Shown here piece by piece: positions 55,507 to 64,000 of a stretch of 64,000 nt of DNA. A program made the translations under genes and the position numbers. The first letter of the stretch is position 1, and each line of letters starts with the position of its first letter. The DNA comes from a virus. Under the pieces are notes generated by a model. That model worked only from the letters and a program-made list of their open reading frames with translations. It had not been told where the DNA came from and did not search any database. The stretch lies in the IMG/VR virus record IMGVR_UViG_3300022843_000013, positions 1 through 64,000 of that record; one strand, written 5' to 3'.

Positions 55507-56961
55507 TTATGATCCGCGCAAGAATGCTTTCTTTGCGCGGGAAAGGGTTATTTGAAATTGCGCCGGAGTCATTGACCCCAGGTCTTTACCCGCGGGTATT
55601 TGAAGCTGCAGCACTCCCAGGAGAACTGGGGCGCGATGCTTTGCTTCCATAAGAGTCTTATTAATCTTGGCGGTAGCCTCCCGTCCCGCCCTATCCGAGT
55701 CGAACGCGGAAAAGACAATGTGGAAGTTTGACGCGATCTTTGCGGCGTTGTCTTGGCTAAGGGATGAGCCTAGGATTGCTAACCCCCCGGGTCCTACGCG
55801 TGCGGCGTCGAGCGGTCCCTCGCAAAGGACAACCCAAGGGTGATCTTCCCCCGAACTTACAGTTTTCTGCATCGCGGCGTCCCACCCCATGATGCTACGG
55901 GCTGAGTGTTTAGCCGTCCGGTATTTGGAGGGTTTAAATTTAGCACCTCCCGTGGATGTAAGCTCGTCGAACGGGGCGATAGGCATCCACGGAGAAGATG
56001 GATTAGCACGCGTGTGCGTCCGGCTCCACAGGTATCCCCACGATCCTTCCCCGTCCGGTATGCACTGGAATTCTCCCGATAAACCCCCGCGCCTGGTGTC
56101 CCTCTCGACTCGCGCGGCGTCCTTGGTGGGGAAGTAACCTCCCGCGTAAGGGTGCAGCATGTATTTGATGTAATCGTTCTCTTTTTCTATGACTCGGGCC
56201 TGCCAGGTCATAGGTACCCCATCTATGATGCTGTAGAAGATGACCCGGTTCTGCGGCGTGTCTCTCCACCCACCCGGCATCCTGCGATAAAAGATATTCT
56301 TCTCGCCGTGCGGAAATTCCTTAGTGCAAAATATGCAACGAAACTGTTTCTCCAGGTCCTTGATGTCGTAGTTTCGACGCCTCAAATAATCGATAGCGGG
56401 GTGGTCGTCGGGAAGGTCCGACAACTTGATGCCTTCTCCGGGAGGTGGCGGGCACATCACTCCGGTCTTTTCGTCCTCTATCCAAAAAGATTCTCGATCA
56501 GCCCCGCCTACCTTACCTGAGACTCCGGCGTTGGTTCGAATATCTGGGTGCCTAGATTCGACCGTGCTCATGTTCAGAAGATCTTGTATCGGGAACCGGT
56601 GCGGCGACCGGCTGGACCTGGTTCGCATACAGATCGACGACCCATACTCGTTCTTCTTGCCTTGATTCAGGGCGTCCATGATCGTCGTCGGTAAGAATAT
56701 GTTCTTTTTGACCTTCTGGAACTGCTCACCGACACCGGCGAGCATACTGAGATTGATAGAATACTTAGGTTCGTCTACCTCTCTCTGCTTGTGGGTGTGC
56801 AGGCATTCCGGGCACGGGATGGCCAGGTGGTAACCGTTCGCCTCCCGCGACAGAACTCCAGCGCACCCCTGCGCTTCTGTTATTCTCTTGGCCCATGACT
56901 TAATTTCGGGCGGGGCGTGCAACGCGCTTTCGTTTGTTTTTACTCCTACTTCGTCGCTCAT
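55507..56961 (-). CDS. DnaG-like TOPRIM primase
   Basis: N-terminal CPEC; YL..R; R.IF; WQAR; CEGPLDA, ILGS, FDSDRAG, KDLG; start MSDEVG at 56961. Confidence 0.85.
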   Translation of the reverse strand: MSDEVGVKTNESALHAPPEIKSWAKRITEAQGCAGVLSREANGYHLAIPCPECLHTHKQREVDEPKYSINLSMLAGVGEQFQKVKKNIFLPTTIMDALNQGKKNEYGSSICMRTRSSRSPHRFPIQDLLNMSTVESRHPDIRTNAGVSGKVGGADRESFWIEDEKTGVMCPPPPGEGIKLSDLPDDHPAIDYLRRRNYDIKDLEKQFRCIFCTKEFPHGEKNIFYRRMPGGWRDTPQNRVIFYSIIDGVPMTWQARVIEKENDYIKYMLHPYAGGYFPTKDAARVERDTRRGGLSGEFQCIPDGEGSWGYLWSRTHTRANPSSPWMPIAPFDELTSTGGAKFKPSKYRTAKHSARSIMGWDAAMQKTVSSGEDHPWVVLCEGPLDAARVGPGGLAILGSSLSQDNAAKIASNFHIVFSAFDSDRAGREATAKINKTLMEAKHRAPVLLGVLQLQIPAGKDLGSMTPAQFQITLSRAKKAFLRGS

Positions 56962-57272
56962 GGTGCCTCGGGGGTTTTGTCGCTCATTTTTTCCCTGACA
57001 TATCCCCAGATGCTGCGCCTGTAGTAATCCGCGCGCTCCGCCCCCTGCGTGCGTGCTAGGATCCACCTGCCGCGCCTCGCGCTTATGGTTTTTATTCTTC
57101 GGAATCCGTTACCGCGAAAGTTTTTACCCTCCGTGTCTACCACGTCGTATCTCGGCGGGTCGTAGTGCGGGGCTGTTACGCCTGCGTAGAATCCCACGGC
57201 CCAGTGGTCCTGCGGGTTTCCGTCTCTGTATTTTGTGGCGATAACGTAGTCGCCTATTTTTATTTCTTTCAT
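56958..57272 (-). CDS. Conserved hypothetical phage protein
   Basis: GDYVIATKY.DG.P.DHWAVGF...FR.NGFRR. Confidence 0.6.
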   Translation of the reverse strand: MKEIKIGDYVIATKYRDGNPQDHWAVGFYAGVTAPHYDPPRYDVVDTEGKNFRGNGFRRIKTISARRGRWILARTQGAERADYYRRSIWGYVREKMSDKTPEAP

Positions 57273-57276
57273 GTTT

Positions 57277-59061
57277 TCAGTGTTTGCAGGTTTCGCCCCA
57301 CGTGTTTGCGAAGCCGAGCGCGTCGGCGTTTACCCAGTTCCTAGCTTCTGATCCGTCTCTGCGCCTGCGCACCCAAAGGTTTATACCTCCATGATTCGCC
57401 GGACAGTCCGGGTCGCTGGTGATGCTCTCAATCTCATCCGCAAAGGGCCCCCCGCGAAGCTCAAGTTCTTCGCCGTGCGTCTCCATGAGTCTAGGGACGT
57501 GTTTAATCTCCTCGGGCGTGAGCATGTGCAGCGGTATTAGCGGCAGATAGGATCCATCGGAGTCGAACTGCTCAGCCTTTTCCTTGATCACGCAGTAGAC
57601 CTTGTAGGCGTCCGTCGGAGAGATAAGACTCGGCGCTTCCGCGTGAGACTCTGCTGCCTCCTCATACTCGCTCACGGCCTCCTCGGCGCTGAGCGGCTCC
57701 GGCTCCGTAGCCACACTGTAAGCGCGCGTGGCGTTACCGATCTGGCACTGAGCCACTCCTACCATCTCCACCAATTGTCCTCGCTCTACCAACCTGTCGA
57801 CCAACCCATTAGTCAGACCGGGCGTCGCTCGGATAGCGCCCCTTGAAAACTTACCTCCGCGGTCCCCAGCAAGTTTAAGCGCCGCAGCCAATGCGCCCTC
57901 CATTTTGGCTTCGCTCCAGAAGGCCTCCGTGGCTTTCACGGCGTTGGCCGCCCTATTCTCTAGGAGGTGCAACCCGCTGGAGAGTTCGAAGATCACACGG
58001 GCGAACTTCTTGGCCGCCTCGAGGTGATACTTGTTCAGCTCAATAGACGGGGGGCACGTGTCACCCGTCATTAGCTCAAGGAACGCCAGCGTCATAGCGG
58101 CGCGACTGCCAAACAGTACGCAGACCTCAGCTGACGCCGGTGCGTCCTCGCATGAAAATACTTGGTTATCGGTTAGGCCGCCCTCGCGGTCCGCCAGATC
58201 CTCGACTCCCCACGACATCATGCTGTCCCACTCCTCCCGGCAGTCCGGGTGTATCGTCACCTTGATGCGGTCCTCAACGGGATCCTTACCCCGCACGAAG
58301 ACGCGGTCCATCAGTGACAGGATCTTGCGGGGCTCGGTCACGTAAGCTTTACGAACCTTCCGCGTCGGGATAATCACGGCGCTGCCTGCTATCACGCTCC
58401 CCGACGTCGTCGTATTTACGCGATCTATTAGCTTTTCCGCAGTGCTGTGATGGCAGCTGCAGAAGTGGTTGAAAGCGGACGACTCCCCGTTGAGGGTGTA
58501 AATTAACGCACCACCGGTATTATTTGATCGTATGAGTGCCTCGTCGGTCGTCCCCTCGGTGAGTGTGACCCAAGAAAAATCGTCCGCTAGCCGAGCGCTC
58601 GCGCACATGGACGCAGAAAGTCGACTGCCGACTTGATCCACGTAAGTAAAGGCACCGTAAGTCGATCTCTTCAGCAGCTCAACTAGCGTGGATTTACTAG
58701 TGTTCTCGGCTTTCCACGTCACGCTTTGAAAACTACCCGCAGACTCCTTCAACTCATTGATCGACTTAACAAGAGTTGGGTCCGGGGAGTCGAAAGGGTT
58801 GCTCTTAAGAAACCCCTTGAGCTTGGCCTCCATCGACGCAAGTTGCTCTTTTATCTGAGCGTTTTGCTCGTTGTGAGCAAGTCGAAACTTAGACTCGGCC
58901 TCTTTGAATGTGCCCATCGAGCTGGACGGTAAAGCGGACGTGAAAACCATACCCCGCGCAGCCGGGAACGGTGATACATACCCACGCCCTAACGCCGAAT
59001 GGACGAGAAGAAGCTCGGAAAGTAGCGACGCCTCTGCGTCGAGATTGTGGTTGTTTTTCAT
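57277..59061 (-). CDS. Large hypothetical protein in the replication module
   Basis: 594-aa ORF; no motif confidently recognised. Confidence 0.7.
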   Translation of the reverse strand: MKNNHNLDAEASLLSELLLVHSALGRGYVSPFPAARGMVFTSALPSSSMGTFKEAESKFRLAHNEQNAQIKEQLASMEAKLKGFLKSNPFDSPDPTLVKSINELKESAGSFQSVTWKAENTSKSTLVELLKRSTYGAFTYVDQVGSRLSASMCASARLADDFSWVTLTEGTTDEALIRSNNTGGALIYTLNGESSAFNHFCSCHHSTAEKLIDRVNTTTSGSVIAGSAVIIPTRKVRKAYVTEPRKILSLMDRVFVRGKDPVEDRIKVTIHPDCREEWDSMMSWGVEDLADREGGLTDNQVFSCEDAPASAEVCVLFGSRAAMTLAFLELMTGDTCPPSIELNKYHLEAAKKFARVIFELSSGLHLLENRAANAVKATEAFWSEAKMEGALAAALKLAGDRGGKFSRGAIRATPGLTNGLVDRLVERGQLVEMVGVAQCQIGNATRAYSVATEPEPLSAEEAVSEYEEAAESHAEAPSLISPTDAYKVYCVIKEKAEQFDSDGSYLPLIPLHMLTPEEIKHVPRLMETHGEELELRGGPFADEIESITSDPDCPANHGGINLWVRRRRDGSEARNWVNADALGFANTWGETCKH

Positions 59062-59211
59062 TTTTGGTGTTTGAGCGTTAGCTCCCGTGGTTTGTTAATC
59101 TAAAGCATGATACGAACGCACCCCACGCGGGTTTTTATCATGTTGCTGAGTAATCCTTAATCCACACCACTGGGGAGCGTCAAACTAAAACTCACAAAGT
59201 GTCATTACTTG

Positions 59212-59241
59212 TTGACCGGTCGTCGATCGCGGGACTATAGT
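59212..59241 (+). promoter_or_regulatory. Sigma70-like promoter facing the hairpin region
   Basis: TTGACC-N18-TATAGT. Confidence 0.45.
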
Positions 59242-59321
59242 CCGCCCAGAAGGTGCAGCGCTTTACTGGTTAGTGGTTTGTTACAACTTTTTGGTTTCAC
59301 GCGCCACCTTCACCCCACCTT

Positions 59322-59362
59322 GAAACGCCGACTTGGATAATACCGAGTCGGCGTTTCTGTTT
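59322..59362 (+). terminator. Strong hairpin / possible terminator
   Basis: GAAACGCCGACT...AGTCGGCGTTTC followed by TGTTT. Confidence 0.55.
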
Positions 59363-60499
59363 AAAAGAAGAACGAACCGGGGCGATCGTTGCACAACGCA
59401 AAACCGCGTTATTGGTGAAGCAACGGCTGTTGCATTTACGTAAGTCCATAGTAATCAAGGTCTTAAACGTTGTAAAACCACAAAACCCGATCCCTACGTG
59501 CGTGTATGCGTATTATTGTTTTTCTACGCGGAGGATCGGGTTTTGTGGTTTTACAACGTTTAAAGAACTACACGACAGTGCGTTATGAAGATGTAATATC
59601 CGTTGCTAACGCGTTTACGTGAAAACGCACCTACAAACATTACCCCGGAATCGACTACTTTGTAATGTCTGTGTGATTACTTTGTAAATATTCTTTGCGC
59701 ATCCGGTAGACTAGGGACCGAGACACCCCGGGCAGTTCCGTCTTGCTACGCCCCTATCTAGGTCGAAGTCCGTGAAGCTGAATGCCCGGCAACCCTTGCG
59801 ATGCGGTTTAATGCTCCCAGCAGCCTCTGCACGGAGCCGCGCGGCTACATTGCTACAAACTCCGGTCTCAGCCATGATCTCTGCGTGTGGGCGCCCTCAC
59901 TACTCCCGGGAAGTATGTCAGTTCGAGACTCGTCGATCTCGTGAGATTTGCGAGTCGGCGTTTCTGTTTAAAAGAAGAACGAACCGGGGCGATCGTTGCA
60001 CAACGCAAAACCGCGTTATTGGTGAAGCAACGGCTGTTGCATTTACGTAAGTCCATAGTAATCAAGGTCTTAAACGTTGTAAAACCACAAAACCCGATCC
60101 CTACGTGCGTGTATGCGTATTATTGTTTTTCTACGCGGAGGATCGGGTTTTGTGGTTTTACAACGTTTAAAGAACTACACGACAGTGCGTTATGAAGATG
60201 TAATATCCGTTGCTAACGCGTTTACGTGAAAACGCACCTACAAACATTACCCCGGAATCGACTACTTTGTAATGTCTGTGTGATTACTTTGTAAATATTC
60301 TTTGCGCATCCGGTAGACTAGGGGCCGAGACACCCCGGTCAATTCCATGATCTTTTTAGTGCTCAGGGACTTCCAGTCTAGGTCGAAGTCCGTGAAGCTG
60401 AATGCCCGGCGACCCTTGCGGTGCGGTTTAATGCTCGCAGCAGCCTCTGCACGGAGCCGCACGGCTACATTGCTACAAACTCCGGTCTCAGTCATGATC
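59344..60499. repeat. Direct duplication (about 540 bp, offset 607), each copy with a 31-bp perfect inverted repeat
   Basis: Copies start at 59344 and 59951; IR arms at 59463-59493/59533-59563 and 60070-60100/60140-60170. Confidence 0.93.
59655..59880 (-). pseudogene. Degenerate copy of the 3' half of 60262..60729
   Basis: Near-identical DNA apart from an altered block near 59740-59756; no matching 5' half. Confidence 0.65.
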
Positions 60500-60729
60500 G
60501 ACCTGTATGAGGCCGTCCAGTCCGCTCCCGGAAAGTCTGTCAACCGAAGCCGCGACGCTCGCTCCAGTTTGGTAGGGCGCATGCCGTTAAAGCTGTGCCG
60601 TATGCCTATGCGCCTCCTCTGAGATTTTATAGAATCAGTGTCGCGCCCACGCAACGCAGAGAAGGCAAGAACGATAGCCGGCACCGGGCACGTAAGGAAC
60701 TTGATTTCCGATGCTGCCCAATTATTCAT
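60262..60729 (-). CDS. Protein with tandem HTH-like repeats
   Basis: (S/T)DF..DW..S.R/K.IM..TGV repeated twice; basic; next to the inverted repeats. Confidence 0.65.
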   Translation of the reverse strand: MNNWAASEIKFLTCPVPAIVLAFSALRGRDTDSIKSQRRRIGIRHSFNGMRPTKLERASRLRLTDFPGADWTASYRSIMTETGVCSNVAVRLRAEAAASIKPHRKGRRAFSFTDFDLDWKSLSTKKIMELTGVSRPLVYRMRKEYLQSNHTDITK

Positions 60730-62171
60730 ACCGCCGAGCGTTTTGCGACCACTTCAAATCTTTGATACCTGAAGTTCCGGGTTAGCTCTACGTAATCTCC
60801 TTCGCCCTTGCGAGCTTTGCACACGCAGAAGAACTGCTTGTCAGGAGTCATCTTCTTCGGCATGTCAGCGGTCCCGGCTAGCGCTGCTTTTACGCCTTCT
60901 TTGTCGAGCGTGTTGGTCAGTCCTATAACGGCGACCATGTTCTTTCCGATGCCCTTTGATATTCCGATGTCGCTAATACCCAGCGTAGACTTTAGCTGTG
61001 CGTCGTTAACGGCCTGCGCCAATACCAGAACGGGTATCCCGGTGTTGTAGGCGAACTGCACGCACCCGTTGGCGCTAATTTCCCAAGCCATAGCCCTTTC
61101 TGACGTTCCTCCCTGTCCGCCGAGGTCGGCGACAGATCCTAGCCAGTCGAGGCACAGCCACGTCGGAAGTTTTCCGATTTGATTTTCATATCGGAGAGCT
61201 TCACGCTCCATTACGGATCGGGCCGACATACCGTCGTCTGCGTTTATTTTCTTGATGCGTATGCGATCCTTTACTATCTGAAGTATCCTGTCGACTTCCT
61301 TGAGTCGGAACATGGATTTAGGAGATGAGGCTACCGCGGCGCGTATCTGCGCGAAGTTCTCGCAGTCTTGTATGACGTCAATCGACACCGACGCACCAGC
61401 TGAAACGATCCTCACGACGTATTCGCGCGGACTGAGCTCCGTTGACAGTATGAGAGGGTAACCTCCTGAGATCGCCTCGTGGAGGGCGCACTGACCCGCC
61501 GCAATAGACTTGCCGCCGCCTGTGCCGCTGAATAGTAGGTAGCACTCTTGGGGGCCCCACCCGCCGTTAAGGCAGGAGTCTAATCCAATGATCCCGGTTG
61601 GTCGCCTTTGCACGACCGTCATGTCTTCGCTCTCTATGACCATCAGCATCTCGTCCTCTTCGTCTGTGGACGCGGCCTGCGCGGCGTTTGCTAGGTCGGA
61701 CTGCATCTGACCAAGCTCTAGCGCTACGTCCGGAACGTCTGCCGCTTGTATTCGCCTAGCGGATCTCTTGGCTCGGACGCCGCCATACCAGGCCTCGAAG
61801 TAGGGGCTTATGGTGTAATGCTCTTCCTTAAAGGACGGGTTTTGTAGCGACGCGACGACGGACATGGCGGCCCTTATTGATTCCTCCTCTGCTCCTTCTT
61901 GGTTTGCTGCCGTCTCTACGTAAGTGCGCAGCCACTCCGCCGTCGGAGGGGCCGGGACTACCCCGCCGATGACTTGCATCACTTTTACAGCTTTGATCAT
62001 ACCTCCCATCACGAGACCAAACTCCTCCTTTCGGAAGTCCTCCGGTATCAGGGGCGCGGACATTAGAGACGCCCGCCGCAGCGGGTCGTGCAGTATGGCG
62101 TGGAGTAGGTAGAACTCGTAGGAATCCCGGTTGTCTGACAACCATTGTGACATTTCTGGATTAAAAGGCAT
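60726..62171 (-). CDS. DnaB-like replicative helicase
   Basis: PTGIIGLD.CLNGG, Walker A SGTGGGKS, LSTE, CLDW, LAQ, KARKG. Confidence 0.88.
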   Translation of the reverse strand: MPFNPEMSQWLSDNRDSYEFYLLHAILHDPLRRASLMSAPLIPEDFRKEEFGLVMGGMIKAVKVMQVIGGVVPAPPTAEWLRTYVETAANQEGAEEESIRAAMSVVASLQNPSFKEEHYTISPYFEAWYGGVRAKRSARRIQAADVPDVALELGQMQSDLANAAQAASTDEEDEMLMVIESEDMTVVQRRPTGIIGLDSCLNGGWGPQECYLLFSGTGGGKSIAAGQCALHEAISGGYPLILSTELSPREYVVRIVSAGASVSIDVIQDCENFAQIRAAVASSPKSMFRLKEVDRILQIVKDRIRIKKINADDGMSARSVMEREALRYENQIGKLPTWLCLDWLGSVADLGGQGGTSERAMAWEISANGCVQFAYNTGIPVLVLAQAVNDAQLKSTLGISDIGISKGIGKNMVAVIGLTNTLDKEGVKAALAGTADMPKKMTPDKQFFCVCKARKGEGDYVELTRNFRYQRFEVVAKRSAV

Positions 62172-62772
62172 GTTTTCTGTCGTTGAATATTTTAGCGGCG
62201 CGCTGGTAGGTAATGTTCCGCATCTCCATCCACAAGGTCAGGAGCCGGCTCTTCTCCATGTTTTCTAAAAGTTGAGGTGACAGCTGCACGACAACTCGAA
62301 AATCAAGCCGATTAAGGCCTAGGAGGTATCTGTGCTCCACGGGAAAACTGGAAGCAAAGACAAGGTCTAAACCTGAGTCAACGTTTTGAATGAGGAAATC
62401 TTTGTAGGACGCGTCCATGTCATCGAACATGAAGCTTTTGTCCCGGCGATCCAAGATAGACTCGTAGGGAACTCCGAGGCGGTAGCCCAGGGCTTTCGTG
62501 AGATACGGCACGGAGTAGAGCATGTTCACGAGAGGACCGTCGGCGTGTCCGTTTTTGCGGGCGTAAGCAAACACGGACTCCATTATCAAAGATCCGTCTA
62601 TGTCCCAGTCCTCTATGATCTTCGCCATTTTCACCATCCGGGGAGTCAGTGAACTCATTAGTCGGTCTTGGTCCAGATTGCGACGCACCTTGTGCCGCTC
62701 CATAATAAGAACCTTCTGATGCACGAAATGTCGCGCCAAGTTGACGGCCTCAGCTTCTGTTCTTTTTTCCAT
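62161..62772 (-). CDS. Hypothetical protein
   Basis: Likely start MEKRTE at 62772. Confidence 0.6.
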   Translation of the reverse strand: MEKRTEAEAVNLARHFVHQKVLIMERHKVRRNLDQDRLMSSLTPRMVKMAKIIEDWDIDGSLIMESVFAYARKNGHADGPLVNMLYSVPYLTKALGYRLGVPYESILDRRDKSFMFDDMDASYKDFLIQNVDSGLDLVFASSFPVEHRYLLGLNRLDFRVVVQLSPQLLENMEKSRLLTLWMEMRNITYQRAAKIFNDRKHAF

Positions 62773-63133
62773 TTCGGTGTGCGTGTGTAGAGATAGCTCT
62801 CCGGAAGTCGCTATCTGAAAATCCCGCAAGGCGGTAAGCCCGGCGGTACTCGCGCCATAGACTGGTCGAGTGTTTTACAGATTTAATCCGGGCGTCTCTC
62901 CAAGACTCCATGGACATTTCGTTAATTTTATCTAGCCCCAGGGACTTATCAAACTCGTCGGTGGCTACGTGGTATGCGAGCGCCAGAGCCTTGACTACCG
63001 CTAGGTTGTCAGAAAACGCCCCCGTAAACTCACACCGCCACTCAACGAAGCATTCTTGTTCGGAGTCGGAAAACGAGAATTGATTTTCGCCCCACATGTC
63101 TCCGCCGTCTGATTCTTTGTTCTTATTGCTCAT
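62750..63133 (-). CDS. Hypothetical protein
   Basis: Fits the operon packing. Confidence 0.5.
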   Translation of the reverse strand: MSNKNKESDGGDMWGENQFSFSDSEQECFVEWRCEFTGAFSDNLAVVKALALAYHVATDEFDKSLGLDKINEMSMESWRDARIKSVKHSTSLWREYRRAYRLAGFSDSDFRRAISTHAHRNGKKNRS

Positions 63134-63135
63134 AA

Positions 63136-64000
63136 TTATTTACCCTCCGCGTAAGCCCCCATTACAATGTCGCGCGCCTCTGCGGCGTTCTCGACCATGA
63201 TGACGTCGTAACCTATGTTCTCATACGCCTTTATTCGGGCCTCGCACTCTCCGCACACCCCTTTGTAGGGCGGCCAAGACCTGTTGTCTGTGTGCTCATC
63301 CCGGCAAACCAGCATGAAGTCAAACATCACGCCGTAGTTCTTGTGGGGTCGCGTCTGTAGTAACCGACCAGGCTTTTGGATAGCCGTGGTGTTCGCTCCC
63401 CCTCCCGCTAGATTTAGGACAACCCTCAGATCCGGAAAGGTTACGCCTTGGACGTAAATGTTCGACGCCAGGACGCGCTTTGTTTCACCGGAGGCGATGC
63501 CCGCGGTTATAGCCTTGCGGTCCGCCACCTTTGGCATCCGCTTCGCCATAGCGATCGTGCCGTTCACCGGCATAGCGTGCTCCATGTAATATTCGGCCTG
63601 CTTCTCGTCTTGGATGAACGCCATTGTTTGCCAGTCCAGGGGGATAACCTCGTGGATTATCTTTCGGACTAGCGCCGCGGCTCTAGAAGACCGGGTCAGT
63701 AACCGCTGGTATACGATGTTACGCTCGAGCTTAGGACCCGGGACGGTATCTTTAGAGAACGGTATCTTGATGATGATAACTTTGAGGGGAGCTATCGCGC
63801 GCTTGTCCACCGCTTCTCTGTAGGTGATGTTGGCTATGACCGGACCGATGACGCCCTCAATGAGCCTGTCCTTCTTGTCGAATCTCCCGGTGAGTGTGGC
63901 CCCGAACCCGTATTTACGAGTTCGGTTAAACTTGGCTAGCCGCGGTAGGCGAGTTTCGGAAACTGAGGCGTGCGGCTCGTCAATTATCAGGATGTCAGTG
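63136..64000 (-). CDS. SF2 helicase, UvsW-like (5' end outside window)
   Basis: Frame open to the window edge: ILIIDEPH, FGAT, QGVTFPDL, IQKPGRLL. Confidence 0.85.
   Translation of the reverse strand, partial: TDILIIDEPHASVSETRLPRLAKFNRTRKYGFGATLTGRFDKKDRLIEGVIGPVIANITYREAVDKRAIAPLKVIIIKIPFSKDTVPGPKLERNIVYQRLLTRSSRAAALVRKIIHEVIPLDWQTMAFIQDEKQAEYYMEHAMPVNGTIAMAKRMPKVADRKAITAGIASGETKRVLASNIYVQGVTFPDLRVVLNLAGGGANTTAIQKPGRLLQTRPHKNYGVMFDFMLVCRDEHTDNRSWPPYKGVCGECEARIKAYENIGYDVIMVENAAEARDIVMGAYAEGK

Noticed and set aside
220-63823. Numerous + strand ORFs in the six-frame track (e.g. 23415..24215, 45008..45931)
   Set aside because: They are antisense shadows of well-supported - strand genes in GC-rich DNA. 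Only the cassette gene (38867/39478) is accepted.
1-64000. Stop-codon reassignment, tRNA or rRNA genes
   Set aside because: Core genes are intact under code 11 with all three stop codons used; no cloverleaf or rRNA sequence was recognised by eye.

Overview
This window is a 64-kb segment of a large (jumbo-type) dsDNA bacteriophage genome. Almost all genes are on the - strand, tightly packed with frequent ATGA overlaps and A-rich leaders that lack an obvious Shine-Dalgarno. Layout: (i) 1-19 kb, accessory/metabolic genes (three tandem paralogs, DEDDh exonuclease, NAD-dependent ligase, metallophosphoesterase, C5 methyltransferase, peptide deformylase, RuvC-like resolvase); (ii) 19-36 kb, a multisubunit RNA polymerase beta subunit split into three ORFs (one with a mini-intein, one fused to the start of beta') around putative virion genes rich in K-x-A motifs, including a probable portal; (iii) 36.7-40.6 kb, the main finding: an array of integron attC-like sites. 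Each left core is complementary to the right core at the start of the same unit, as integron-integrase recombination leaves them. One 611-bp cassette is exactly duplicated, and phage genes run antisense through the attC hairpins. No integrase is present in the window; (iv) 40.6-64 kb, a replication module (RecQ, RecA-like, a UDG-fused family A DNA polymerase interrupted by a group I intron and an intein, Pif1, Gp88, primase, DnaB-like and SF2 helicases) with a duplicated, highly structured AT-rich intergenic region at 59-60.5 kb. All calls come from motif recognition by eye; no database searches were run.
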